Notes under the pieces: model-generated
Seen by the model: the letters and a program-made list of their open reading frames with translations, nothing else
Databases searched by the model: none
Told to the model about the DNA's origin: nothing
Part shown: piece after piece, positions 25,665 to 37,469 of the stretch
Layout: every line of letters begins with the position of its first letter
Numbering within the stretch: position 1 is the first letter of the stretch
Assembly: GCA_951406725.2 (NCBI GenBank)
Contig: OX597821.1
Location: 79,856,001-79,920,000 of the forward strand
Direction: 5' to 3'
DNA from: Octopus vulgaris
Lineage: Eukaryota
Length of the DNA: 64,000 nucleotides
Position numbers and translations under genes: made by a program

Positions 25665-26830
25665 TTCACTTTCACTGTCAGCACTACAGCATGCGACCAG
25701 AGGTAGGACTTGATTATTTGTCCATCTTGGATGCGTAAACCCTTCTCTCCCATCTGTTTTCTCATCTTTAGTTCGGATATTAGGTTTCTCCGGCGAATTC
25801 TTTCTCTCAGTGAGTATTCCTCGCGGAAACCCATATTGGGGTTCTCCCAGGCATGCGTCTGAGCTCTGTTCAGAAAGGTTGAAGCCTCCTGATCGGAAGA
25901 AAAGATTACCCTTATTGGGCGTGGTCTAGTATCTGAGGTTGAGTTCGCTTGGAATCTTCCTAGCCGAGCGATCTTATGGATACTGACATTTTCGTTGACA
26001 GAGAACAATTCTCCAACTAAAATGGAAACAAAATTAATGTCTTCTTTTAGGCGGTTTATGCCTGTATCACAGGTGGATTCAGCTTTACCATAAATGATTG
26101 CTGATCTTGAGTGGGCAAAATGTTCTCTACTACGGGCTGCGGTATTCGATTCTTCGTTGAATGATTTCGAAAGGGTGGTTTCATAGCCATCAGACTTATG
26201 TCGGCCTGTGGGTTCGATCGGAATGGGTTTAGTGGTCATAACTTTCCCGCCTGGTTTGGAACTGCACTGCCTCTTCTTCGGTTTGGGGGAGCACCACTCC
26301 CCAGATGGACTCACATCGAGATCGTTCAGAATTGGTTGAGAAATGGCATTAATGGGAAGGACAAGTGAGGGAGAATCCAAACAGATTTTATCGTGATCAG
26401 GTTTCATAGCTAAATCTGCCCCACTGGAGTTTTGACTACGTTTCTTCTTTTGGGGAGAACAACGGTCTTCAGGTGGGTTTGAGTCTACGCTCCTCAAATT
26501 AGGTTGGGGAACCTCCGGGACCGAAAAGGCAGATGAGGAAGAATCCGCACAGGAACGATCATGTGCAGAAACGACCGCCGGTTCCTTCGCCTTCTTTGGC
26601 CGCTTCGATTTTGTTCCCTTCGGCTTGGTCGTCTCCAGGGAAGAAATCAAGGGTGGCTCTGCGTCAATAGGAGACTGTTTATTCAGTAAAAGAGCAACAA
26701 CAGACTTTAGGTGCTCTACCTCTTGTTTGAGCAACAGCAACTGCTCGTTGAGCTGACTGTTGGTAGGACCATCATCCTGATGAGAAGCCCTTCTTGCAGA
26801 TCTCAGTTTTGATCTGTAGGTAGCTGACAT
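25661..26830 (-). CDS. LINE ORF1 protein, 389 aa, intact
   Basis: N-terminal coiled coil; C-terminal IIYGKAES...RLGR...RPRPIRVIF...R..RR.LISELK.R signature of CR1/Jockey-group ORF1. Confidence 0.85.
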   Translation of the reverse strand: MSATYRSKLRSARRASHQDDGPTNSQLNEQLLLLKQEVEHLKSVVALLLNKQSPIDAEPPLISSLETTKPKGTKSKRPKKAKEPAVVSAHDRSCADSSSSAFSVPEVPQPNLRSVDSNPPEDRCSPQKKKRSQNSSGADLAMKPDHDKICLDSPSLVLPINAISQPILNDLDVSPSGEWCSPKPKKRQCSSKPGGKVMTTKPIPIEPTGRHKSDGYETTLSKSFNEESNTAARSREHFAHSRSAIIYGKAESTCDTGINRLKEDINFVSILVGELFSVNENVSIHKIARLGRFQANSTSDTRPRPIRVIFSSDQEASTFLNRAQTHAWENPNMGFREEYSLRERIRRRNLISELKMRKQMGEKGLRIQDGQIIKSYLWSHAVVLTVKVN

Positions 26831-26953
26831 GATAGATGGTTGACCAAAAATAATCTTCTATGGGCTCTAGGACAAATCTGAGTGTGTGTGTGTACGTGTG
26901 TGTGCGCGTGCGTGCGAGCGTGTGTATGTGTGCACATATAAATACATACCTAC

Positions 26954-26998
<45 letters not shown>

Positions 26999-27081
26999 TG
27001 TATATATGTATGTAAGTATGTAGGCATGCCTATTTTATATTCGCATCAATGTATGTATGCGTTCATATGTATAAAAAAATG

Positions 27082-27118
<37 letters not shown>

Positions 27119-27279
27119 ATATCTATCTATCTATGTGATTATGTACCGACATGTTTGTACCAGCGAGCGTATATTTATATATACGTATATAAAGATGTAT
27201 CTATTTTTGCATACAGATATATATTTTGTATATATTTAAATCCACGCACATTAATGTAGCATTACTTAACAATATTAAA

Positions 27280-27495
27280 TGTAAGTTCCAGACAACCATC
27301 GAAAAGACAAACAGTTTTATAAACGAAGAATCTAATGCTATCCGAAAAGATATGACTGCAGATATAAGCGTCGTGTGTCCAACTAAACGCGAAGCATTCT
27401 CACCACTGAAAGATGACAAGGCCGTCTTCATAAACAGGCCAAGATATAGGTTAATAATTCCCGCTAGAGCAGAGTCAGTGCAAGCCAGCAAGACA
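27280..27495 (+). pseudogene. Penelope-like element RT fragment, N-terminal part
   Basis: KREAFSPLKDDKAVFINRPRYRLIIPARAESVQASK resembles the PLE motif EAFITLKDHK.NF...P..RLINPAKS.IG..SK (recalled, not searched). Confidence 0.65.
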
Positions 27496-27527
27496 TTCTC
27501 AGAGATATCAATGTTCTTTCTTTCTAT

Positions 27528-28275
27528 GGCGATGAGCTGGCAGAATCCTTAACACGGAGGGTAAAATTCTTCGCAGCATTTCATCCGCCGAGGTCGACTT
27601 TACATTTCCTTTCGTGGCCAATAAAATAGGAACTCACTAAGCCCTAGGAGCAATGAAATCGATTAGTTTTGCCCCACCCCCACTCATTCCCGAAATTGAT
27701 GTCATTGTGCTAATATTCTTTCTTACTAATTTTGGCACTCCGTCGGTTACGATGACGAGGGTTCCAGTTGATCTGATCAACGGAACAGCCTGCTCGTGAA
27801 ATTAACGTGCAAGTGGTTAAGTACTCCACAGACAAGTGTACCCATAACGTAGTTTTCTGGGAGATTCAGCGTGACACAGTGAGACAAAGGCTGGCTCTTT
27901 CAGGGTTGGGGTTATCCGATTACATAGACCCCAGTATTTGTCTGGTACTTATCCTACCAACCGCAAAAGGCAAAGTTGATCATTGGAGAATTCAAACTTT
28001 GAGCATAAAGAGAGGAACATATGTTGTTAAGCATTTTGTCCGACGCTCTAACGACTCTGCTAGCTTACCGACTTTAATAGCTTCAAATTTTGTCACAAGA
28101 CGAGAAATTCTTGGGGAAATGGATAAATCTATTTACATTACCGATCAACTGGTACTTATGCAATTGCCCACGAAAGGCATGTAAAATAAAGATGACATCG
28201 GCAAAATTTTAACTCAGAACGTAAAGAGTTGGAAGAAATACCGCTAAGCATTTTTCCAACGCTCTATCGATTCTG
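27528..28275. mobile_element. Cluster of diverged SINE D fragments and a SINE B tail (27733-27900, minus)
   Basis: Similarity to intact copies in the window. Confidence 0.65.
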
Positions 28276-28523
28276 TCAGATCATCGACCTTACAATAATG
28301 AAATAATAACACCTTACATATATCATAGTTAGCGATTTATTAAAAATAAGTTTCACATCTAATTCGACACCACTAATGTGTATGATCCGTCCATATACAT
28401 TATATGAATATATGCGTGTGTATGCGTGCGTGTAGGTTTGTTGATATACATATGTATGTATTATACATATTAGATATCTATATATCATACATATATATAT
28501 TATACATATTAGCTATATATTCG

Positions 28524-28907
28524 TGGCACTCCGTCGGTTACGACGACGAGGGTTCCAGTTGAACCGAACAACGGAACAGCCTGCTCGTGAAATTAACGTG
28601 CAAGTGGCTGAGCACTCCACAGACACGTGTACCCATAACGTAGTCCTCTGGGAAATTCAGCGTGACACAGAGTGAGACAAGGCTGACTCTTTGAAATATA
28701 GGTACAACAGAAACAGGAGGAAAGAGTGAGAGAAAGTTGTGGTGAAAGACTACAGTAGGGTTCGCCCCCACCACTGCCGGAACCCCGTGGTGCTTTAGGT
28801 GTTTTCACTCAATAAACACCCAAAACGCCCGGTCTGGGAATCAAAACCGCGATCCTACGACTGTGTGTCCGGTGCCCTAACCACTCCAGTGGGCCATTGC
28901 GCCTCCA
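28524..28907 (-). mobile_element. SINE family B, full length, tRNA-derived
   Basis: Head GGAGGCGCAATGGCCC, B box, tail CGTCGTCGTAACCGACGGAGTGCCA. Confidence 0.9.
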
Positions 28908-28942
28908 CGTTAGCTGTGTGTGTGTGTGTGTGTATATATATA

Positions 28943-29146
28943 TAGGGAGAATTCACAAAAAAAAATCAAAAACAAAAGACGAAGACAGGTGGTGGAGACA
29001 ACAAAGAGATGTATTAGTTTAACGCTCGGGGAGTGAAAAAATTTTAAAGTTTCGAGCCTACGCCCTTCCACAGAAAGGAACACAGAAATAAACAGGGAGA
29101 GAAAATAAAGAAAAAATGTAGTGGCTAGCGATCTATCATGGCGAAT
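28943..29146 (-). mobile_element. Family E repeat, hammerhead core mutated
   Basis: Closely similar to 32526-32712; sits in (TA)n. Confidence 0.7.
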
Positions 29147-29193
29147 ATATATATATATATATATTTGAATTGCATAATAGTGTTTTTTCTCTA

Positions 29194-29232
<39 letters not shown>

Positions 29233-29254
29233 ATTTTGCGTTCCTAAAATAGAG

Positions 29255-29597
29255 ATATCCTAAACACAGTATCGGTCTATATCAAAATGATGGTTTAGCA
29301 GTGCCATAACAATGTGATCGTTGTACTTTGCACACTTTCTCATCGAACCTAATCGCAATTTTTTTTTATTGCATAGCACACAAAATAACTGTAGGTATTA
29401 GTTTAACTAATCTAGATATTTTAGTTGGACTGCTAAACCTACGATATATCAATAGACTTTCCAATCATTTCCTATAAGCTTGAAAGACCTGATCACCAAT
29501 ATGAACTGTAGTATCCTTAACCTAGCTCTTTAAAGACATTTTTGATAAGGCGGTCTCCTACGATAACACATCTCTGCTAAATAGTGACTATCACAAT
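29255..29597 (+). pseudogene. Penelope-like element RT fragment, catalytic and thumb region
   Basis: IGLYQNDGLA (cf. IGLYRDDGLA), YINRLSNH, KDIFDKAVSY..TSLLNS.Y; heavily decayed. Confidence 0.65.
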
Positions 29598-29600
29598 ACA

Positions 29601-29972
29601 ACTCTTTTACTCTTTTACTCTTTAACTTGTTTCAGTCATTTGACTGCGGCCATACTGGAGCACCGCCTTTAGTCAAGCAAATGGAACCCAGGACTTATTC
29701 TTTGTAAGCCTAGTACTTATTCTATTGGTCTCTTTTGCCGAACCGCTAAGTTACGGGGACGTAAACACACCAGCATCGGTTGTCAAGCGATGTTGGGGGG
29801 ACAAACACAGACATAGATACAGACACCCCTCCACACACATATATACATATATACGACGGGCTTTTTTTAGTTTCCGTCTACCAAATCTACTCACACAGCT
29901 TTGGTCGGCCCGAGGCTATAGTAGAAGACACTTGCTCAAAATTCCACGCTGTGGATCGAACCTGGAACCAAG
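29601..29972 (-). mobile_element. SINE family A, 5'-truncated
   Basis: Tail and body match the family. Confidence 0.85.
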
Positions 29973-31026
29973 TGGAAATATTTGTTCTAACCTCTGAAAC
30001 ATCTCAGTACATAAAACGTTCGAATGCTTACAGATTTTTTTTATCTCAGAAATCTTCGAAGCAATAAATTTGTAAAATCGGTAGAGTGTTGGACAATTTA
30101 CTTTACAATGCTTACAGCATTTGTTTCGGCTTCTTTCGTTCTGGTTTCGAAATCCTATCTGGGACAACTTTGCTCTTACCATTCATTCTTCCGAGGCCGA
30201 TAAGATAAAATACCAGTTAAGTACAGGTATTTGGCCTTATGTCTATAGAAGAGATCTTATTTGATTTTTGTATAAGATGACGAACAGGCTGAATCGTTAA
30301 CATGCCGGACAAAATACTTAGTGGCATTTCTTCTGCCTTTACGTATTGATGTCAAATTTTGTCTGGCTGGCTTTGCTATTCAACTTTCACAATCACTAAA
30401 ACAAGTACCTGTTAAGTACTGGGGACGATGTAATCAATTAGACCCCTCCCGCAAAATTTAGTCTTTGTGTCTATAGTAGAAAGACAATTATTTAATCATT
30501 ATAATTTTATTTTTATATATTTTATTACTCCCTTACTTTAATCCCACATCAGTCATGCATATACCAAGACCTTTTCCTTTTTAAACCCTTCTCCCAGCAC
30601 ATCCAATTTTGACATCCTTGATTTTAGTTGATTTTTACAGATTTTAGCGATTTTTACAACTTCCATTATTTATATATTACATCATATAAAAAACATTTCT
30701 ATTATAATTTTGTTTTTCCTTTCTTATTATGCTATTGTATCACACCCTAATTTATTTATATAGTTGAATTTCCATTTATATTTACTTCGGTTCTAAGCCA
30801 GTATAGTTGGTTTCCAGGTGAGAGCAGCATTGTCGTTTCGCAGTCCAGTTTCACAGTCGAAAACTGCCATTTATAAATATAACTCAACCAGAAGTTATCA
30901 ATCAAATTTAACATTGAATAACTCTTATTCCACTCAACTTCACAGTATTCACTACTTTTCTTCCGTTTAATTGCACACACAGAAACCTGTGTGAACTCTA
31001 TTCATACATTGTGTGAGTATGTGTGG

Positions 31027-31126
<100 letters not shown>

Positions 31127-31655
31127 ACAGGCAGCTATACTTGTAAATATACCGTGCAACATTACAATTTTTATTTGGGAATATTAAGTTAAGTATCTGT
31201 TAAAAAGTAAAGCTGCTTGGTCAAGTGATTAAAGTGTGTTGGACTCACTGTGTGTTCGATTCCTGAACAGGCCGGTGCACCGCGTCCTTGTACAAGAAAC
31301 TGCATTTCACGTTGCTCCAGTATACAAAGCTGAAATGAATACAAACCGAGTTCGTATCTTCGATGTTCTGCTGAGTAAAAACTCGGAGGGATAAGACGGT
31401 GTCGAAGCCAGTTCGTGAATTTATAAACCGCTAGAATAGTTATCGAAAGCTAAGTACGTTCATACTTTGCCTGTTGTTATTGCTATTATTGTTTAGCTCA
31501 GAGTCAAACCTAATCGACCAGTCTCCTGATCAAAAGTATTCTAGCCGTGACCACCCACTTTATTTAGAGGTATCTAAGACTAAGTTATCTAATATAATCC
31601 TCTCCCTTTTAAAAGTTAATCGAATGTAATTTGAAGATTTGTCTACTATTTGTCA

Positions 31656-31744
31656 GCAGGTAGAGCGATCCAGTTAGAACGATCCAGGTAGAGCGATCCA
31701 GGTAGAGCGATCCAGGTAGAGCGATCCAGGTAGAGCGATCCAGT
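31656..31744. repeat. 14-bp minisatellite (CAGGTAGAGCGATC), about 6 units
   Basis: Direct tandem units with no spacers. Confidence 0.9.
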
Positions 31745-32525
31745 TCCGCAAAAACATTTTCGTTAGCTGTTGGATCGGAAACTTTTTCGACGAAGTGCAA
31801 TCATCTTTCTTGATTTCGAACGAACAACAAAGTTTTGATATTTGTTTCGAGGTCTTCGTAATTTTATCATTGCCGAATGAATGCGCATGGTATAGTGGTT
31901 AGGGTGTTGCTCTTACGATCGCAACATCGTGGTTTCGATTCCTAAACGGAGCGGTACATTATGTTCTTGAGAAAAACATTTGATTTTACGTCGGTCCAGT
32001 CCATTTAGCTGTAAATGAGAAACCCTGCCACGGACTGGTGTCCCGTTCAGAGGGGAAAGTTGTGAACTTGGTCACTTATACGTCATGGAAACTGGGTAAC
32101 CGGCCCTTTGAGGCCAAGGATTCGAGACGGTGCTTACTCTTACTTAATTTATCATTGCCAAGAACATAAGCTACGAAATGCATATTAATGTTGCTACCCA
32201 GCCTATGAATCGAAAGCGAAACACATCAACACGTCGGATAAAAAGAATATAAATATATATATATATACAAAGTATGGGTGTTTAGTTCATTGGTGAACTA
32301 AACGACTAGGTACGCTAGGTAAGTGCTATAACGGATTACCAGGGCTCCAAGGTTATAATCGAGACAGCAGTTATGGAGCCCTTGTAGACTTCCGATATAG
32401 CGGATATATAATTGTTAAAGAGGACAACAAACATCAAGGCAAGACATCTCAATAGAAATAATAGCATATTTGGCTTAACGTTTGTTGTTCTCTTTAACAA
32501 TTATATATATATATATATATATTTA

Positions 32526-32712
32526 GGGAGAGTTTACGAAAAAAAAAACAAAAGACGAAGACAGGTGGTGTACAAAACAAACAGATCTATTAGTATAACG
32601 CTCAGGAATAGAAAAAGTCTTTTACGCTTCGAGCCTACGCTCTTCTACAGAAAGAGACACAGAAAAAACAAGGAGAGAAAAAATGTGTGTAGTGGCTAAC
32701 GATCTATCATGA
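32526..32712 (-). mobile_element. Family E repeat, hammerhead core mutated
   Basis: Similar to 28943-29146 and 6275-6486. Confidence 0.7.
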
Positions 32713-32718
32713 TGATCT

Positions 32719-32766
<48 letters not shown>

Positions 32767-32767
<1 letters not shown>

Positions 32768-33038
32768 CACTCCGTCGGTTATGATGACGAGGGTCCGAGC
32801 TGATACGATCAGCGGAACAGCTTGCTCGTGAAATTAACGTATACCCTTAACGTAGTTCTCGGGGAGATTCAGCGTGGCACAGAGTGTGACAACCTGCTCC
32901 TTTGAAGTACAAGTACTAATCATATTTGCCACCTGAGTGGACTGGAGCAACGTGAAATTAAGTGTCTTGCTCAAGGACATAAAGCGTCGCCGGGAACGGA
33001 ACTCATAATCGGGAGCCGAATGCCCTAACCACTAAGCC

Positions 33039-33040
<2 letters not shown>
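32767..33040 (-). mobile_element. SINE with C-like head and B-type tail
   Basis: Tail matches 28524-28700; head matches 15545-15665. Confidence 0.7.
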
Positions 33041-33073
<33 letters not shown>

Positions 33074-34148
33074 ATTCTGTGTGTGTGTGCGTGTGTATAT
33101 CTGTATATATATATCACCTCGCCGCCCACAATTTGGTACCCGCCCTTTTAATCAGTGAGGTAGCTAAATTTGAAACAGAGCCTATATATTAGCCGACATA
33201 TAAAATTAATTGACTATGGTTGCTATTCGAACTTGTTTATCTAGGGTACATCTGGAAACGAATGAAAGAAGAAAAGTTGTTTATATATGGCAATGTTGTT
33301 TTACGTCACGTTAATTAGTCACGTGTTAGAGTTGTGAAGCTGCGCAAACAGACATGTTATTTCTTCTTAATTTTTCATCTGATTAACAGGAATGCGGTCC
33401 ATAAGATTTAGCGGATGTTTTTAGTTCTCAGAGAGGCCAGCTGGACAATCAGCTGGTACACACACACAAATACACACACGCACACACATGCACATGCTCA
33501 CCCGCACAAACATTCACACACATCCACAAATACCCTCACATATTCATTCGAAAACAATTTTACTCACATATATACACATAGATATACCAAACACATAAAA
33601 ACACCCACTTACATACATTTAACCTAACACACACACACACAGACAAAAACTCGCTCTTCCTATGCTTCTCTCTTTCTCTCTTATTCTCTCTATATATGCA
33701 TAAAAATATAAACATACGTGTACATATTATGCACACCTACGTATATATAAATATATATTACGTGTGAATACATATCTCTGTGTATGTATAAATGTGCGTA
33801 TACATATATGTCTGTCTATAGGTATGTTCGTATCAATGTATATATATATGTATATGTATTCGTATGTACATACATACATACACTCACACGCATATACACA
33901 CACATACGCACAAACACGCATACAAAAGTTTGTGGGGTGATCCATAGTTTTCTCCGACATTTTGCCATTTCCTCAGACAAAATAAACATAAAATTTATCC
34001 CGAACTAGAAAATGGCTAGACATTTGTCGAAATTCACATTAGCAGATAACTGGATAACTTGGCAATATGAATTATATAATTAATTTGTTTTTATACATAC
34101 ATGTATGTATGTATGTATATATGTATGTGTATACATATATATATATCG

Positions 34149-34685
34149 GTGGAGGCGCATGGCCTAGTGGTTAGAGCAGCGGACTCAGAGCAGGCGATGT
34201 GTGTGTTTATGAGCGAAACACCTAAGCTGCACGCGGCTCAGGCAGAAGGTAATGGTGAACTTCTGCTCACTCTTTCGCCACAACTTTCTCTCACTCTTTC
34301 CTCCTGCATCTAGCTGCTCACCTTCGACGGACCGGCGTCGGCCATGCTGGAGCACCGCCTTTAGTCGAGCAAATCGACCCCAGGACTTATTCTTTGTAAG
34401 CCTAGTACATATTCTATCGGTTTCCCTTGCCGAACCACTAATGATGGGGACGTAAATACACCAGCATCGGTTGCCAAGCGACGTTGGGGGGGGGGGCAAA
34501 TACAGACATACAAATATATACATATATATATACGACGGGTTTCTTTCAGTTTCCGTCTACCAAATCTACTCACAAGTCTTTGGTCCGTCCGAGGCTATTG
34601 TAGAAGACACTTGCCCAAGGTGACATGCAGTGGGACTGAACCCGGAACCATGTAGTTTGAAAGCAAACTTCTTACCACAGTCACG

Positions 34686-34688
<3 letters not shown>
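34149..34688. mobile_element. SINE B-like head (plus) abutting SINE A (minus)
   Basis: Orientation switch near 34340. Confidence 0.75.
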
Positions 34689-34729
<41 letters not shown>

Positions 34730-34817
34730 ATACAAACACACATATGCTCTACAGACACACAACTTGTAACAGTGTTAATAAAACAACAACATGCTTAAAA
34801 ATATTTCACACACACAC

Positions 34818-34910
<93 letters not shown>

Positions 34911-35637
34911 TGAGAATGACTTGAACTTGAGTAAGTGGTTTCACATGAATGGGAATAAATTAAAAATAAAATTAGCGTGCAGAAATGGAATAGTCCAGAT
35001 GGACTATTATACATAAAGGACTATATCTAACCAGAGGCGATAAATTCACCACAATAGAAGCAAGGTTCGAGTCAACGGAGCGTGCAAGGGAGTACTTGAC
35101 TCGAACCTTGCAAAGTGGAAGTATTTTATTTTCACCCCTTTATATCTGGGGCGTAGGACGTCTCGGATAAAAATTATAAATGTCCCCCCAGAAGTAGAGG
35201 TAGGCTGGATTGTAGCCACACTTCTATACAAGAGGGAGGACAAGATACAATTGATCGAAATTGCAAGAGACGGGCCTACAATTCCAGTCTGTTATATATT
35301 TTGAGTATTGTTATTACTAGCGATATCAAGATATAACTTTGTATTTTGTATTTTATGTGTAGGTGTATATATATATATGTACATGTAATATGTACACATA
35401 TATATATACACATATATACATGCACTAGCACTATGACCCGGAAACGACGGGTCATAATGGTAGAATATATACATAGGCGCAGGAGTGGGTGTGTGGTAAG
35501 TAGGTTGCTTACCAACCACATGGTTCTGGGTTCAGTTTCATTGCGTGGTACATTGGGCAAATGTCTTCTACTATAGCCTAGGGCCGACCAAAGCCTTGTG
35601 AGGGAATTTTGTAGACAGAAACTGGAAGAAACCCGTC

Positions 35638-35715
<78 letters not shown>

Positions 35716-35724
35716 GTATGTATG

Positions 35725-36714
35725 TATATATTATATGTAGAAAAATACAAACTGGGACAAGAACGTAAAACATTTAGAAGACGATACAAAAAACGCGGAC
35801 GGGACATTCGAAGCCTTCAATCTTCAGTCAAGAACCGGATCATCCTAGCAATTTCGGCTGATTAATCTTGAGATCGCTCCGATCCGGCCAGCCCCAAGGA
35901 AAAACTAAGCTACGAGCATTAGATTTCTTGGAAAAAGGATCGAATGTATACGAAACAGGGACAGAAAAACGGACGATGCCACACGAATATAAAATGCAAA
36001 AAACAATAATGGTAAAAACAGGACAAAAACAGCGGGTGTCTTACGACTAATAGATAGTACAACTTAGTTTAGCTGGCGTATTTGGAAAAAAATGCCTTCT
36101 TCGGCAGACGAAGACAACGATCTTCTCATGGCGCTGGTTAGAAGCCGAAAGGCTGGTTGACCAGCGGTCATGTGAGAGGAGAAGAGAGAGAAAAAAAGGG
36201 GGCAAAGGAATCAAAGAGAGAGAGAAAAAGAGGGACGAAGGCAACAAAGGGGGGAGAAGTGAGAGAAAGAAGGAATTAAAGAGGGGAGAAGAAAGAGAGC
36301 GTGCCAAGGATTGGCTTGGCGACAGAATCAGTGAGTGCAAAGTGAAAAAGACAGAGAAATGTGAGAGAGTGGGGGAAGAGTAGACCAAAGAATCAGAGGC
36401 AAGAAAGGAGAAAAGGAGGAGAAGTAGAGAGAGTGAGAGAGAAAGAGACAGATCAAAGTAGAGTGCAAAGTGTGAAAGGCAGAGAAATGTATGAGAGAGA
36501 GACAGTGTTATAGAGTCGTACCAAATTTAAAGGAATATGTACTTACATAAGGCCAAAGAGGGTACGGACGTCGCTATATATATTATATGTAGAAAAATAC
36601 AAAATGGGACAAGAACGTAAAACATTTAGAAGACGATACAAAAAACACGGACGGGACATTCGAAGCCTTCAATCTTCAGTCAAGAACCGGATCATCCTAG
36701 CAATTTCGGCTGAT
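35725..36714 (-). mobile_element. Non-coding retrozyme/PLE-like element, 852-bp unit with 138-bp direct terminal repeats
   Basis: 35725-35862 and 36577-36714 are nearly identical (2 mismatches seen); no credible ORF; ribozyme-like motif spans the repeat boundary. Confidence 0.85.
35812..35888 (-). ncRNA. Candidate non-circularly permuted hammerhead ribozyme
   Basis: Minus strand has AGCGAU-C-UCAAGA, then AGCC-GAAA-UUGCU, then UCUUGA-CUGAAGA..GGCU; stems I, II and III can all form. Confidence 0.6.
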
Positions 36715-36729
36715 ATATATATATATATA

Positions 36730-36808
<79 letters not shown>

Positions 36809-37384
36809 TTGTGTCTGTGTTTGTTCCCCAAGCATTGCTTGACAACCGATGCTGGTGTGTTTACGTCCCCGTAACTTAGCGGTTCGGCAATAGAGACCGA
36901 TAGAATAAGCAATAGGCTTACAAAGAATAAGTCCTGGGGGTCGATTTGCTCGACTAAAGGCGGTGCTCCAGCATGGCCGCAGTTAAATGACTGAAACAAG
37001 TAAAAGAGTAAAGAGTATATATGTAAGCACACACAACGCATATATCTATAAGTGTTTATGTATATTTCTGTATATGTATATATTTAATGTACAAACATAT
37101 TTTTTCTGACAAACACTCGCACACACACTCACAAACACACATACACACACACACACACATATTTCTGACTTTTTACGTGAACTTGTTTATTCTTCTTGTT
37201 ATGATATAACTTTACACCTGTTCCTAACATAATTACCTTGATTTGTTCATTGAAAATCTCGAGAAAGTGTAATAGGAGCCTGTCTGTCGTTAATGAAACG
37301 AATTGATTCAGTGAAGTCACTTGCTAAGCTTTCGGAATGTTTATATTTCATCTAACACGCACTAACATGCACACAGAAACGCAG

Positions 37385-37469
<85 letters not shown>

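Larger units (their letters stand above)
22701..26881 (-). mobile_element. Near full-length CR1-group LINE (family L-a), ORF1 plus EN-RT ORF2
   Basis: Two ORFs, 5' UTR of about 50 bp, short 3' UTR ending in (CTAA)n; flanked by (TG)n on both sides. Confidence 0.93.
35476..37015 (+). mobile_element. SINE family A split by a 1-kb insertion in its internal microsatellite
   Basis: Head half 35476-35640 and tail half 36800-37015 are collinear. Confidence 0.85.

Noticed and set aside
31656-31744. Regular short repeats resembling a CRISPR array
   Set aside because: No spacers, eukaryotic context and no cas genes; it is a minisatellite.
32275-32405. Cluster of hairpins considered as a twister ribozyme
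   Set aside because: Twister pseudoknots and conserved loop residues are not matched.
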